Virus record (IMG/VR): IMGVR_UViG_3300029906_000002
Location: 1 to 64,000 of that record
Direction: 5' to 3' (one strand)
Source: a virus
DNA: 64,000 nucleotides
This document shows, piece after piece, positions 17,683-29,900 of the stretch (its first letter is position 1; the number at the start of each line of letters is the position of its first letter). A program made the position numbers and the translations under genes. The notes beneath the pieces are model-generated. The model was given only the letters and a program-made list of their open reading frames with translations, had not been told where the DNA came from and did not search any database.

Positions 17683-20600
17683 TGCAATCACATCTTCAAC
17701 GGTTTCCTTAACTTGGCTCAAACCAGATATCTGATAGCAAGCCGCATCCCAGACATTCCTGTTCCCTCCCATAACAGCCATAACATTCTTATAAGTGTTG
17801 GTCATCCAATTAAATGTAAACGGCGTCCAGTTACCGAATACCGACCAGAATACACCAAACGTATTGGCGTCAGCTGTAGAGTTCTTTAACGACTTAAGTG
17901 CAATACCTGCCATAGATTTAGCCGGTCCAGGTATGTCGTCGTCTTTCAGCATTTCTTTGTACCATCCATTCATCAAGAATGCAGCCAGACCACCTATGAG
18001 CAACATAATGATAATGTCGCTGAGCATTTGCCTAAAATTGGTTCTGTAGACATCGCGAGTAAACTCATCGGTGCTATATTTTTTGACTGCATCAATGAAG
18101 GCGAGAATGCCGTTTTTATCCGAATCCTTAGCCAACCTTACTATATTGGCAAGCGTCATGAATACACCTTCTTGGTAAATACCTTTCCATTGATAGAACG
18201 GAATATAATCTTCTTCCTTGACATTCGGTATCTCTTCATCCGTATCCAGATAGAAGAATCCATAACTACCATCTGACTTCTGTTTGCGAACAATAAGCGA
18301 TTCATCACTGAAGCTGCCTTGGTAGATAAGATTGCCATCCTGGTCTTTCATCTGCTCAAATGTACCACGCATACGAACCTTACCTGGGGCGAGGTATTGG
18401 TTAGCCTTACCGGAGAAGAAGGTCTTGAATTGCATGTACATCTTACCGAGGATAGACAAGTGAATCATAGCCTTGTTTTCATGAGTATAGTAACCATAAA
18501 TATCATCGGCTATATTCTTATAACCATCCGTCTGTCTGCTTGGATAAGCCTTGGGGAGCGGAACAATATCGGTACCGTTGTACTCAAAGAAAGAGTTAGC
18601 CTTCTTAATCACTGTGCGTCCTCCTACGGTCATTTTGGTGTCGTTGGTATATCTTGTACCCTCCTGTAACATCTGTCTTGCTACAGCATCGTATAAGCCT
18701 TTCTGGCGGTGCCATTCCGCATCATGTGGTGCACTGGGATCAATCAGCTTACTGAATCGCTTATCCTTTTTGAAGTCGTATTTGAGTACCCCATTCTCGA
18801 CATAATAAGCATCCCACACGCCGTCTTTTATCATCTGGGCGACGATAAGAATCATTCGGTTGTAGTAGTCGGGACGTGAAGAAGTCATCATACCGAGCTT
18901 GTAAAGGCCCTCTGTAGTACGGATATTCTTGCGGTCTTGGGTATGCTTCACATAGTCGTTCATATCCATATCGTTCACACCAAGAGCTTGATTGAGTAAG
19001 GAGACCTTACTGTTGGAATCATTAGCAATATCGCCGTAAACAATAGCAGCAGCCTGTTCGACTTCTTTAATGCCGAACGAAGCATCTCCAAGATATTTCT
19101 TGGCAGCAGCTGAAAGATTCTGCATAATACCCTGCATATTCTGATAAGTAACTTGCACAGGAGAGATACCAAGCACAGCAAAACTGGCGGCTCTTGATAC
19201 ATTGGCAAAGAAATCAGCAACTCCTTTCATGCTTTCCTCGGTAAGGTCTTCGCTCTTGATAACGCCTTTGATATACTTCAACAAGTAGTCAATATCGTTC
19301 TTATACGACATGCCACCCATCTCTGTTTCTTCACTTCTTAGGTGCATAACAGAAGCCTTGGCAAGAAGAAGCACCTTGTCTATTTCTTCGGTAGATACCT
19401 GATTGAACGCCATGGTTGCACCGGCAAGAACAGCATTGTTGGTGAAGTTGGCTCTATCCTCATTCTTCATCTGCTGGATCTTTCTGATACGCTCGTCCAT
19501 ATCCATAGCATCCGCAATAAGCACCTCATTCATCTTGAATAAGGAAGTGTCTTGTCTTAACTCCTTGGATTGCTTGACAGATTCCTCATTATTGTCGAAG
19601 ATACCAAGCAAAGTGTTCTTGACATTCTTCAGATTGAACAGGTTTTCCTTGATGCTATTGAAGCGTTCGGTCCACGTCATGCCGTTATTGGTTACGGAGC
19701 CACGCTCATCCACCCAACCTTTTCTTGCAAGCGGAATGTAGTAGAACCTGTCAAGTGCTGCATAATCCCAAACCTGCTCATCCGTGAGCATATCCGTTCT
19801 CGCCTGTCCTCGATTTTCTGCATCCATACCGGATACTTCTCTGCCAAAACGATAGCGATTGATTTCAGTAAGTAAGTCGTGAAGTATCTCTCGCTTTATT
19901 GGGTCGGAGATTTCTTCCGGGTGCTTAAACATCATGGCGTCCGATATGTTTCCATCTTTATCAGTAACAAAGAACTCATCCCAGATATGTTCCTTAGCTG
20001 CAAGCAATGAACCACCAAACACGTTATTTGCTTTTATCATGCGGTCCTCAAGCTGTTTGAACACAGCAAGCGGAGACTGCATACGGTCTCGGATATCCTG
20101 ATAAGAACGACGAAGCAAGTTGGTCACATCATTAATAACATCGGAAGCAAACATACCAGGGTTGCTCATTTGTAAACCTGTCCAGCCTTTTGTGAGTACT
20201 CCCTTGATGCCGTATTGCGAATACTTGTCGCTTTGGAAAGTCTGTTGATTGAGTTGGATGCCATTAAGCTCGGCAAGGGCGCGGGACACAGCTATGTACA
20301 AGGCACGTATCTCACTGTTCCTGCCGGTTACGGAAAATTCATCTTCACCAACCTTCCTGAACTGATCGCCATAATTCTGTTCAAGCGTTTCAAGAATGCG
20401 CATGTAACCTCTTTCAAGCTCAAGTTTGGTAATGTTGGCTTGGAAAAGGAAGGATGACAGGTTCTCCGGTGTATGGTCACGCCCGAAATAAACAATTCTC
20501 TGTCTGGTCTTATTTCTGAACAGGTCGTTGTGCTCGTAACGGATACCTTTTGCCTCGGCTCGTCTACCCATTTCAAGGTCGTCGTCAAGACGTTTCTGTA

Positions 20601-22878
20601 CCTGTCTGAGTAAACTTTCAATCATCATCTTATCCGTACCTATCTTCATATCCTGATTGACCTTGATGGCACGATTGCCGCTCTCATCTTTGATATAGCG
20701 GGTAAGCGTATTGAAGCTGTACTTAATCTTGCTATTCAGCGCGTGCAACTGCCTACGCGTGGAAGTGTCGAATACACGGATATTGCCAATGAAGTTGTTG
20801 CCGTTTTCAAACAGTTTGGTATTATTAAGGATAAGCATCGCTTTCATAATTTCTACATTGCCAACAAGAGCTTCGAGCATAGGTGAGTTCTTGGTTTTCT
20901 CAATCATGTCATCGTAGAAATTAGCAGAAAGCAACTGTCCTTTCTTCATTGGAACACGTTTGAACGGATCCTCATTGGTCAGGCATATCACGTCTACTTG
21001 CCCAGATAATGTGTTGTAGAAAGCAATCAGACCCATCTCATTGAGCTGTTGCTGATTTTCCACCATAGCCCATCCGGCATCTGTATATTGCCCAATCATA
21101 CTATACAGACGTTCACCATAACTTCTATTGGAATAGAACTCACTTTCATCAATATGCCCGGCAAGAAGATTGCGTATGGCATTTGCGCATTCAATGGATT
21201 CTTGCCTACGACGCATGGGCTTATTGGTTTTATACTCCTTAATAAGCTCGTACATCTTTTCGGGTGTATCAGCTATGATAGGCTTACCTGCCACAAGCAC
21301 GCGCCACTTATGGTTTTTATCGTTGTAGTATATCCATTGCCCCGTCTTCTCGTTCTGCTCGCAATACTTGTCGAACTCTTCCTTGATTTGCTCGTCAGTA
21401 ATGGTTTCTGTGGAGTAATCCTCATTACCGAACATAAGAGCGATATCCTTTGCTGACTTCTCAACCAAATGTTCGTTACCTACGCTTGCCGTATGCGGTT
21501 CGCCAGGTTCCATGATACGATTCAGATGGACCTGTACTACTTCAGAATTGACTTGCGGGGTGATGTCGTCGAAAGTATATTTTAGATTAGTATCAAGATC
21601 TATCTTCTCGTTGGAGAACACAGGATTACCATCAGCATCCCTTGTCATGGTTATCTTACCCGTAATAACAGGAGAGATAAACGCACTTGATCTTGTGGTG
21701 TTGAATCCGTTACGACCAAGTATCTGACGATAGAAACCAGTCTGATAGTTATAAGTCAGCATCTTTGCTTGCGACCACGCTTTCTTACCATTTACCATGT
21801 AATCGTCTGGAGATGTTTTCCAGTCTATCACATCAGGAGTTCCATCATCATGTAATACCATCAAGTCAATAGAACCAGACAGTCTTACATCTTCTTCTTT
21901 GCCAGTCACATAGTCGGTCGTTGTAACTACTTTTTCTTCGTCTGCAATGGCGTACTCAGCAAAGATGGTGAAGTTCTCGTCCTGTCCCTGAGAAAGGCCG
22001 TTACGGGCACGCAAAGCATTGTATCGTTGCTCGGCAATCTCGAAGACGGTACGCATATCCTCATCGCTGATAAGGGATTCAGAAATACCCTGCACAACTT
22101 GTCCACCCATCAGCTTCTTCTTGCCTGAATCATCAAAGTAAGCGGAGGTATAAAACTCGCTCTTACGAACCATTTCTTTGAAAGCCTCCCAGCGTTTCTG
22201 TTTGGCAACGGTCTGATCCTTATCCTTGATGCCGATAAGACGTATAGGAGAAGAGGTTAGTTTACCCTTCGCATCCTTATACGAACCAATACCCACGAAA
22301 TAACCTTGCAACATATCATGCACAGCATTACCATACTTTGCCTGATGTTCCCACTTGGCTTGTATGACGCTTGCATAATCTCGCATAAAATCTTCCTTAG
22401 ACAAGGAGCGTCCTATCTTGGCAGCATTGGCGGAATCACCAAATAATAATTCAATGTCTTTGGGGTTCCAATGTGAACCTTCATCCACATTGCCATTCTT
22501 GAGTTGCAAATACAGGTTATCGAAGTAATTGTCGCGAACAAACTGCGGAGCAATGAAGCTGTTCTCAATGGGATCCTTCATACGTCCTACGGCAGTGGTG
22601 ACACCCATGTAACGAACATGGTATTTGTAATCTGGGTTATCCGGGTCATCCTTGTCAAGCATTCGTTTTCTTACGCCATTCTTATGTTTCTCCACGATAT
22701 CAATCCACCTGGAACCTTTTCTCATTGCATTGAGATAAGCCTCGGTGTTCCTGTCGGAAAACACAGCATCGCCAAGCTCATTGATATGGTTATACTTGAC
22801 AAGCAGGAAGTCATTCAGGGCATCTACATTGTCGAACACCCGCTTCCCTTCCAATCTATATGTACATTTTAAAGGCAT
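17680..22878 (-). CDS. Giant virion/ejected protein with PD-(D/E)xK nuclease domain and C-terminal TM helix
   Basis: GNAVHDMLQ, SGSIDLMV...VIDWKT, YQTGFYRQIL (RecB/Cas4-like); IIIMLLIGGLAAFLM near the C-terminus; position next to the RNAP gene. Confidence 0.75.
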   Translation of the reverse strand: MPLKCTYRLEGKRVFDNVDALNDFLLVKYNHINELGDAVFSDRNTEAYLNAMRKGSRWIDIVEKHKNGVRKRMLDKDDPDNPDYKYHVRYMGVTTAVGRMKDPIENSFIAPQFVRDNYFDNLYLQLKNGNVDEGSHWNPKDIELLFGDSANAAKIGRSLSKEDFMRDYASVIQAKWEHQAKYGNAVHDMLQGYFVGIGSYKDAKGKLTSSPIRLIGIKDKDQTVAKQKRWEAFKEMVRKSEFYTSAYFDDSGKKKLMGGQVVQGISESLISDEDMRTVFEIAEQRYNALRARNGLSQGQDENFTIFAEYAIADEEKVVTTTDYVTGKEEDVRLSGSIDLMVLHDDGTPDVIDWKTSPDDYMVNGKKAWSQAKMLTYNYQTGFYRQILGRNGFNTTRSSAFISPVITGKITMTRDADGNPVFSNEKIDLDTNLKYTFDDITPQVNSEVVQVHLNRIMEPGEPHTASVGNEHLVEKSAKDIALMFGNEDYSTETITDEQIKEEFDKYCEQNEKTGQWIYYNDKNHKWRVLVAGKPIIADTPEKMYELIKEYKTNKPMRRRQESIECANAIRNLLAGHIDESEFYSNRSYGERLYSMIGQYTDAGWAMVENQQQLNEMGLIAFYNTLSGQVDVICLTNEDPFKRVPMKKGQLLSANFYDDMIEKTKNSPMLEALVGNVEIMKAMLILNNTKLFENGNNFIGNIRVFDTSTRRQLHALNSKIKYSFNTLTRYIKDESGNRAIKVNQDMKIGTDKMMIESLLRQVQKRLDDDLEMGRRAEAKGIRYEHNDLFRNKTRQRIVYFGRDHTPENLSSFLFQANITKLELERGYMRILETLEQNYGDQFRKVGEDEFSVTGRNSEIRALYIAVSRALAELNGIQLNQQTFQSDKYSQYGIKGVLTKGWTGLQMSNPGMFASDVINDVTNLLRRSYQDIRDRMQSPLAVFKQLEDRMIKANNVFGGSLLAAKEHIWDEFFVTDKDGNISDAMMFKHPEEISDPIKREILHDLLTEINRYRFGREVSGMDAENRGQARTDMLTDEQVWDYAALDRFYYIPLARKGWVDERGSVTNNGMTWTERFNSIKENLFNLKNVKNTLLGIFDNNEESVKQSKELRQDTSLFKMNEVLIADAMDMDERIRKIQQMKNEDRANFTNNAVLAGATMAFNQVSTEEIDKVLLLAKASVMHLRSEETEMGGMSYKNDIDYLLKYIKGVIKSEDLTEESMKGVADFFANVSRAASFAVLGISPVQVTYQNMQGIMQNLSAAAKKYLGDASFGIKEVEQAAAIVYGDIANDSNSKVSLLNQALGVNDMDMNDYVKHTQDRKNIRTTEGLYKLGMMTSSRPDYYNRMILIVAQMIKDGVWDAYYVENGVLKYDFKKDKRFSKLIDPSAPHDAEWHRQKGLYDAVARQMLQEGTRYTNDTKMTVGGRTVIKKANSFFEYNGTDIVPLPKAYPSRQTDGYKNIADDIYGYYTHENKAMIHLSILGKMYMQFKTFFSGKANQYLAPGKVRMRGTFEQMKDQDGNLIYQGSFSDESLIVRKQKSDGSYGFFYLDTDEEIPNVKEEDYIPFYQWKGIYQEGVFMTLANIVRLAKDSDKNGILAFIDAVKKYSTDEFTRDVYRTNFRQMLSDIIIMLLIGGLAAFLMNGWYKEMLKDDDIPGPAKSMAGIALKSLKNSTADANTFGVFWSVFGNWTPFTFNWMTNTYKNVMAVMGGNRNVWDAACYQISGLSQVKETVEDVIA

Positions 22879-23927
22879 ATCTCTTCCAGTTTGTTTTCTT
22901 GTATCAGTTTACGTTTGATATTGGCTGCAATACGGTGGGAATAGCCAAGGTCTCCGCCAAATACAGCTTTATGATTCATTATAACGCTACCAAGACGCTT
23001 ACAAATCTCCTGCACGCTCATGTTGCCTATGGTATCAAAATCCAGTATCTTTGCCGAATTGGCTCCCATAAACGCAGTATCCATCATGCGAACAATGTTA
23101 TATCGTATCTTATCCTTGATTGGTTCAGAGAGATTGTCAATATCAGACTGCATGCCAGACAGGAATAGTGCTGCATTGCTTACGAAATATTCTTCGCGAG
23201 CATCGTTCTCCGCATAACTCCACAGTGGACCACGTCTTGCTGCACGATATCCTACTGTGTCTGCTATACTTGAAACGACTTCATTATACAACTCTGAATC
23301 ATTGTATTTGAGTTCGCCAAGCAACATGTGCATAAGCTCATGTACGGGAGCATCAAGATGGGCGTAGTCAGCATTTATCCATATTTCCCCATTAAAGATG
23401 AAGGCGTTTTTGGTCTGCCAGTTCAATCCTGTTAAACCTTTTAGTTCGGCTTCTTCGGAGGTAAAGATGTGCATGGGAATGCCATACAACCTTTCCGACT
23501 TATCTGCTATGGATATCAGCATGGATATAGTCTTCGCATTCGTCAGATTCCCATCCACATCAAAATCATCCTCGTATACGTCATATCCGGGTCTACGGAC
23601 TATATTGGTAATAACTGTATCTCCAAGCTGGGTGAACTTGGTTTCCAAATCACGGAACTCATTGTTCGTGGTTATATTAGCTTTTACAAGGTCGCCATCC
23701 GGAGCAATATCTTCCATCTTGCCGTAGTAGGTTGTCTTACCTTCCTTGAGGTTTAACATGCTAATGAGAGCGGGTGCGGAATCCACACCTGCAAGTTCAT
23801 CGAGTTCCGGGTCGCGTCCGTGTCCGTCACGATACATTCCCACTTGGACATCAAGGCTTTCCTCGTCCAAACCAGACAGGCGTTTCAACCTGTTGTAATT
23901 GTTGTCTTTGATAACGCAACTTGCCAT
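22869..23927 (-). CDS. Zincin-like metalloprotease
   Basis: NAFIFNGEIWIN...APVHELMH...AREE (HExxH plus downstream E); ATG start MASC. Confidence 0.75.
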   Translation of the reverse strand: MASCVIKDNNYNRLKRLSGLDEESLDVQVGMYRDGHGRDPELDELAGVDSAPALISMLNLKEGKTTYYGKMEDIAPDGDLVKANITTNNEFRDLETKFTQLGDTVITNIVRRPGYDVYEDDFDVDGNLTNAKTISMLISIADKSERLYGIPMHIFTSEEAELKGLTGLNWQTKNAFIFNGEIWINADYAHLDAPVHELMHMLLGELKYNDSELYNEVVSSIADTVGYRAARRGPLWSYAENDAREEYFVSNAALFLSGMQSDIDNLSEPIKDKIRYNIVRMMDTAFMGANSAKILDFDTIGNMSVQEICKRLGSVIMNHKAVFGGDLGYSHRIAANIKRKLIQENKLEEICL

Positions 23928-23929
23928 AG

Positions 23930-26900
23930 TTAGCACTCTTTAGATTGTTGATCGACGAAGTTAACCATTTCATCCGGTTTTCTTCTAAACAAGGATGTTA
24001 AAACGCTTCTCATTTTATTTCCACCAGTCGGTTTAATGGTTTTTGTTATCGGATTACCATCATTTCCAAGATAGGAAACAACAGCTATCGGGTTTCTGTT
24101 ACTCATCACCACTGCGCCATAAGCGTTACTATTCTTTCCTTTAATGATACGACCATAGGTCATCTTGTCTTCCTGGATTTTACGCACATTAGAATCACCC
24201 GTTTCAGTGGAATAAATCTCTTCTCCAAGTTGGATGTTACCATCAAATAAGCCTTTGAGTGTAGCGTACGAAGTTGCTCCTTCTGTGAATGCAGCAGAAA
24301 CAAACTCCCCATAGCCCATATTCTGAGCAGCAACCGGAGTAGCTTGCTGTGCATTCTTTATGTTATTGATAGGATTAACTTCCATTGTTTTCTCTTCCTT
24401 GTTCATCTTTTCTATTTGTTTCTTTGACAAGTTCGCATTATCCGTTTTTATTGTGCCATCAATAAAGATATCGTAGGCTTGATGAGAAGCAGCCTTATCG
24501 TATCTGCTATCATTGAATCCTTTTCCGCCATAGCTTCTGCGTTCATCATAATCATATTCGCCTTCCCAATCGGCAACATCCTCCTCAATGGCGCTTTGTA
24601 TTATATCGTTGAAGAAGTCGTCTGCAAAACCATTCTCTTCATCAAAGCTTCCCTTCTCCGTCTTTCCAGTGCTTACGCTAATGTCTTTCTCCGGTTTCTT
24701 TTCGTATGTTTCTACGAGACCAGTCTTCTTGTTGAAAGCACGGATATACTTTGCATCAGAAGAATAAGTGCTGCCAGTAGGAGCAAGGCTCTTTGCTACA
24801 GAGCTCAATTCAACATCATTATTCGGCAATAATGCAGTAACCTTTTCAGGAATGAAATTACCATTGTCATCACAGAAATACCTGTCAATGAATTCGTAGT
24901 ATTGCCGCTTCATCGGGTTATTATTGGAGTTGAAATAGTAGTTCAATGACGCTTCAGCATTGGTACCATTGAATACTAATTGGTCAGCAATGAACAGCAA
25001 GGTAGCCATATCAAATTCCCTCGAAGGTTTTGAACCATCCGTCTTATTGATGTACTTACTGTTATGTAGCGTATTGGCCCATATCTGGAATTTCTGCACG
25101 TTTCGGATATCGAAATCGTCATTGGACATACGGTTGTCTGTGACACGGCTTGTCGGTACAATACCACCCGTTAAAGTTTTATCCACCCTCGTGCCTACTA
25201 TGCCCTTAATGAAATCATTCATGAACAGTACACGGTTCTTAGGCTGTGTCTCATCGTATCTACCTTGCCTGTAGGAAGGAACTACAATCTCGTTCATCCA
25301 CTTTAAGAAGGTCATCTTACCTTCCGTGGTACCAAGACTAATTTCCAAAGGTTTGGTAGTTCTTTCACGAAGGAAAGTGCCGTTGATTGTTCCAGCCTTG
25401 AATATCTCAAAGTTCTCAGGAACCCAGAAAGTGAATGGTTGATTTTTACCGTAATAAGTACGCAGGAACAAGTCGAATACCATCAAATCAATGTAGCGCA
25501 TGACATTATTGGTAAGTTGCTTAACCTCCTTCTGAGATAACTTACCAGACACGTCAGATATAGCTTTCGTAATCATGGAAGCCGCCTTGTTGGTAGACGA
25601 CATATTCTCAACCATGTTCACCATCAAATCCTGCACCCACGTATAAGAGTTGATGTGTGGCAGACTGTTGGCTACGTCAAGCACATTGAATGCGTACATC
25701 TTTGTTTCCGCATAAACCTGTATGGCTTTTTCGGCATACTCTGGATCAGTAAGGAATCTGTGTAGATTGAACTTGCGTCCGTTCTTGCGAATCAGTGTTG
25801 AACCATACTTTATCTCATCATCATACGGATTACCAGTGCTGTAGTCCGCAAAAAAGCTCTTCACAAAATCCGATGTATTATCGTTGTAGATAACAGATGG
25901 AGAGATGATATTGCTGATAGCATGTAACCAGCTTTCCTGCTTGTCAAGCGTACCTGCCACACCTTTGTTCTTAGACATGTATTTTGACGAGGACATCATC
26001 TCGCTTGCCCCAGATTCCATATCAATCAACATGTCAAGGTATGTCATCCGCTTTTCATTGTTGTCCTTGTCGAAATAGGTTTCGTATTCGGAATTGATAT
26101 CCTTGCGTATATTGATTATTTCCTCAACACGATCAATCCAGGCATTCATGCTCTGATAATCTTTATAGTAATCAGATTTCTCATCAACGGGTTTTCTGTG
26201 ACCGTTTTCATCAGCTGGAAGCAATCCAAATAAATCGTATGAGAAATACCTGAGTTTGTCTATGATCATCTCGTCGGTAATTCCAGCATTCTGCCAAAAT
26301 TCCGGTATACGAAGGCCGTTGCTTATATAATAGGTCCATACATCGCGCATTGAAGCTGGATTGTGACCAGGTATCTTCATAAATTCCCTGTTTCCGGGAA
26401 TCAAATTTCTGTATCCTTTCGCTGCGGCAGCATCGTTGTATCCGAATATATCTTTGGCATAGTCTGTCATTTTATGGAAATCGCCATCATTAATAATCTT
26501 CCTGCCATCACCAACATAATGCCACGGATCAACTATGGTAGACTTCAGTTTGGCAAATGAGAAGTTATTGTTTACTGAACCATAGAAGACATTACCCTGC
26601 TTGAGTTCATTGAAGATGTGAGCCGTATTGGAACGGGCATACGAAGCTATCTTAGCGAAATCCATGCCTGTTGATATACCGAACACATAAATGGATATAA
26701 GCTCCGGGATGGCGTTGATTTTAGCAAGCGTCAAGTTCTTGGCATTATCTGTAGCCTCAGTAAGCAAGGCAGACAGGATAAGGGCTGCGTCCATCTGCGC
26801 ATCAGAACGATTGATATACGAATAGATATCAATGACTTTGAATTCAGCATCACTAAGCTGAATACCATTGTTCTTAGCAGTCAACCGAGCCTCGTTCATT

Positions 26901-29900
26901 CCGAACATAATCTGTGAGAAAATTTTTTCTCTTTCTTCCGGCGTATGCGGTACGGCATTAAGGCTCTCCTGTATCTTGTTTACAATACGATTCACGTGTG
27001 CGTTTAGAATAGCACGGTACTTCTTGTTCGGATTGAAGTTAACGAACGTGTAATACGTCTTATTGCCAACCACAACACCGTTATGATCCTTACCAAGAAT
27101 AGGCTTAGCAAGCGTCTTTATGGCTTCGTTGATATTGGCTTCTTCAGACAGTTCGGCAACCTTGCTATCAGAAAGATTATAGCCTATCGTGTTGAAGTAT
27201 TGCGTAAGACCATAGAAGTTCTTAATACTTGCGGCGGTAGCGGATACCACCTGCTTACCAATGGCGTTGTCTCTGAAAGCCATCAGCTTGGTAAACACAT
27301 TGGCTACATTCTGCTTGTTACGCATATTGCCAGCCTTATCATTCGCTCCCTCATTCTTCACCATATCGAAGTCGTCAATAGAAGACTGGGCCTCATACAT
27401 GTTCACAGGATTGGAGATAATCTCATATTCCTTGTAGGTGATGAAATTCTTCAATCCCTCATTCTTCTTTTCGCTTGTATCATCGAAATACATGTTGTGT
27501 GCATTGATAAACTCAAGCACCTTACTGTAAGCGTTGGCTCCTCTTACCGCGCTTCCGGGTTCTTTATAATACAGAATTCCTCCATTGTTATCAATCTGGC
27601 TATTAAAACTCTCAATGAGCGCACGTATGGCATTCGTATCATTACTCTTCATGACATACTGCGTCTTCTCCTCATTGAGTTCAAATACGGCACTGAACAA
27701 CAATCCTTGTTCGGCATTCATTACCTGTGTAACATTGTTGACAGGTTCAGCCATATTAGCCTGTACGTTTGTCGGGAATGGCAGCTTGAGCGACGCATCA
27801 AGCTGGATATCATTGAAATAAGGAGACCAGCCAATGATGTGTCCGTTATAGTCAACAGCATATTCCTGGAATGTCACCTTGTCGCCGTCAAAGTCCGAAC
27901 CTTGCAACCAGAGCTGCATATCGTTTACAAAGCAGGAATTGAATCCTGTGTTGTCAAACAACACCGTGTTCATTCCCATGAAGGATTGCATGGTTTGTGA
28001 TGGGATACGTGCAGATACTGTTTTTAGCGTCTGTAGGAACGAATTGTACTTGCCAAGCGATTGCCAGTAAACCTTCTGTAAGAATGCGGAATTCTTCGCA
28101 TTCTTCAATCCTTCGGCGCCAACTGTAGTCAGTATATGTATTGCTTCACGCTTCTTCTCATTAAGCGCATTATTCACTTTTTCTCTCGTAACACCCTCAG
28201 CAATCTGTGCGATATCCCAAGCGTTGATAATAGCGTCATTAAGCATATCGAAGTAACCGCGTTTCAGGAACTGCATAGATTTGTTACCACCAATGAGTTT
28301 ATTGTCGTTATCGTACACAAACGCATTCGCATTGACAATCATCTGCAAGTAATTAGTAACTTCTTCCTGTCCATTATCCTTGTCAAACACGGCAGGAGAA
28401 ACTACAAATTCCATCTGTCTGGCTGTGCTCAGAATATCGCTATAGCCATCCGATTTCTCAAGATGTTTTTTATTGATGTTTCCAGGACCATTTTTAACCA
28501 CAATATCAATAATCATGTTTCCGCGCTTATCTACATACACCTTATCTTGATTGGAGATGCGGAACACATCGTTTCCATTGCGCTTGTAGATATAGTGATT
28601 CTTACTTGCTTTCTCGAAGTCTTTAGCCAGCTTGGAACCCATCGTCATCAACTCGAAGCCTTCTCTTTGATAGTCCTCTTCAGTCATCACGCCGGATATG
28701 TTGGCATCATGCAAATAGACATGTTGACCGTTGTCGAACATCAGAGCGTATGAGTAGAGATTTGCATCAACCCGCAAGTCCCATTTGTCAAGCATCTTAA
28801 GTGCAAACGATTCCTGCGTGACATCATCCAACTTGGTGTATTGGTCAAGACCAAACTTGCTTGCGTTGATATTAGGAGTAACAGCTTCGTAGTTATAAAT
28901 CCTCATGCCGCTACTGGATACCTTCTTGCGCACGCCATTGATGTAGATATAGCCTTCTCCGCCTTTGTAGACCTTATCCAGTTCATTCATCTCATGCTGG
29001 TAGAACATACGGAGAAGAAGTTCCCTATCGGTATATTCATTGATGTAATATTTACCAGAACTACGAAGAGTTGGAATCATGATGTTGTTTATGATTTCAA
29101 TATCATTGCTATCAAATTCATCGATTTTGTCTTTCAACTTGAATAACAACCGCACAGCATCGGTATCGTACATATTGTAGTGCATAACTACTCCATCTTC
29201 CATGATATTGAAATGAATATCCATGGGAGCAAGCTCGCGTCCTTCAATGATATACCTTACCCCATCAAAATCGATGCCACCACCAATACGTGTTTCAAGC
29301 GCATCAGCAGGTCTTACGATATACTCCGACAAGCCATAATCCACGTCAGGCTCATCCTTGTATCGTGTAGCCAGTGCATTCATTACATGCTTCAGCTTAG
29401 AGTAAGTAGAATAATCTTTCAGTTCAATGTAGTATGTTTCGTCCACTCCGTCATTGAAATGCTCGAATCTGCCTAACTTCTTTGCTGTTTCGTTATCAAT
29501 GGAACCGACGGGCATAGTCAGCTTGTACCGGAATCCCATACGGCATTCAGAGACATCCTTGAACCGGTATCTGTCATATCTTTCTTGAATAGACATAGCC
29601 TTACTTATCTTCTCTTCTGGAGTAAAGCCAAGGTCTTCCCAAGACAAACCATCATATAGGTTAACAATGCGATAACCAGCCTTCAACAAAGAGAGAGAAC
29701 CAGGGAATTGCTTTCTGATGGAAATTTTGTTCACATACGATGCTATGTTAGGAAGCACTTTGGAAACAAAGTTTGCGTCATTAAGCGTCAGTTTCTCAGC
29801 GAGATCTTCATATTCGATGTATTCTCCATCTTCAACACGCTTGATAAGGCCCGCGCATTTGGCTCGTTCAATGTCGCTAAGAGCCTTTGCTTCGCTCATT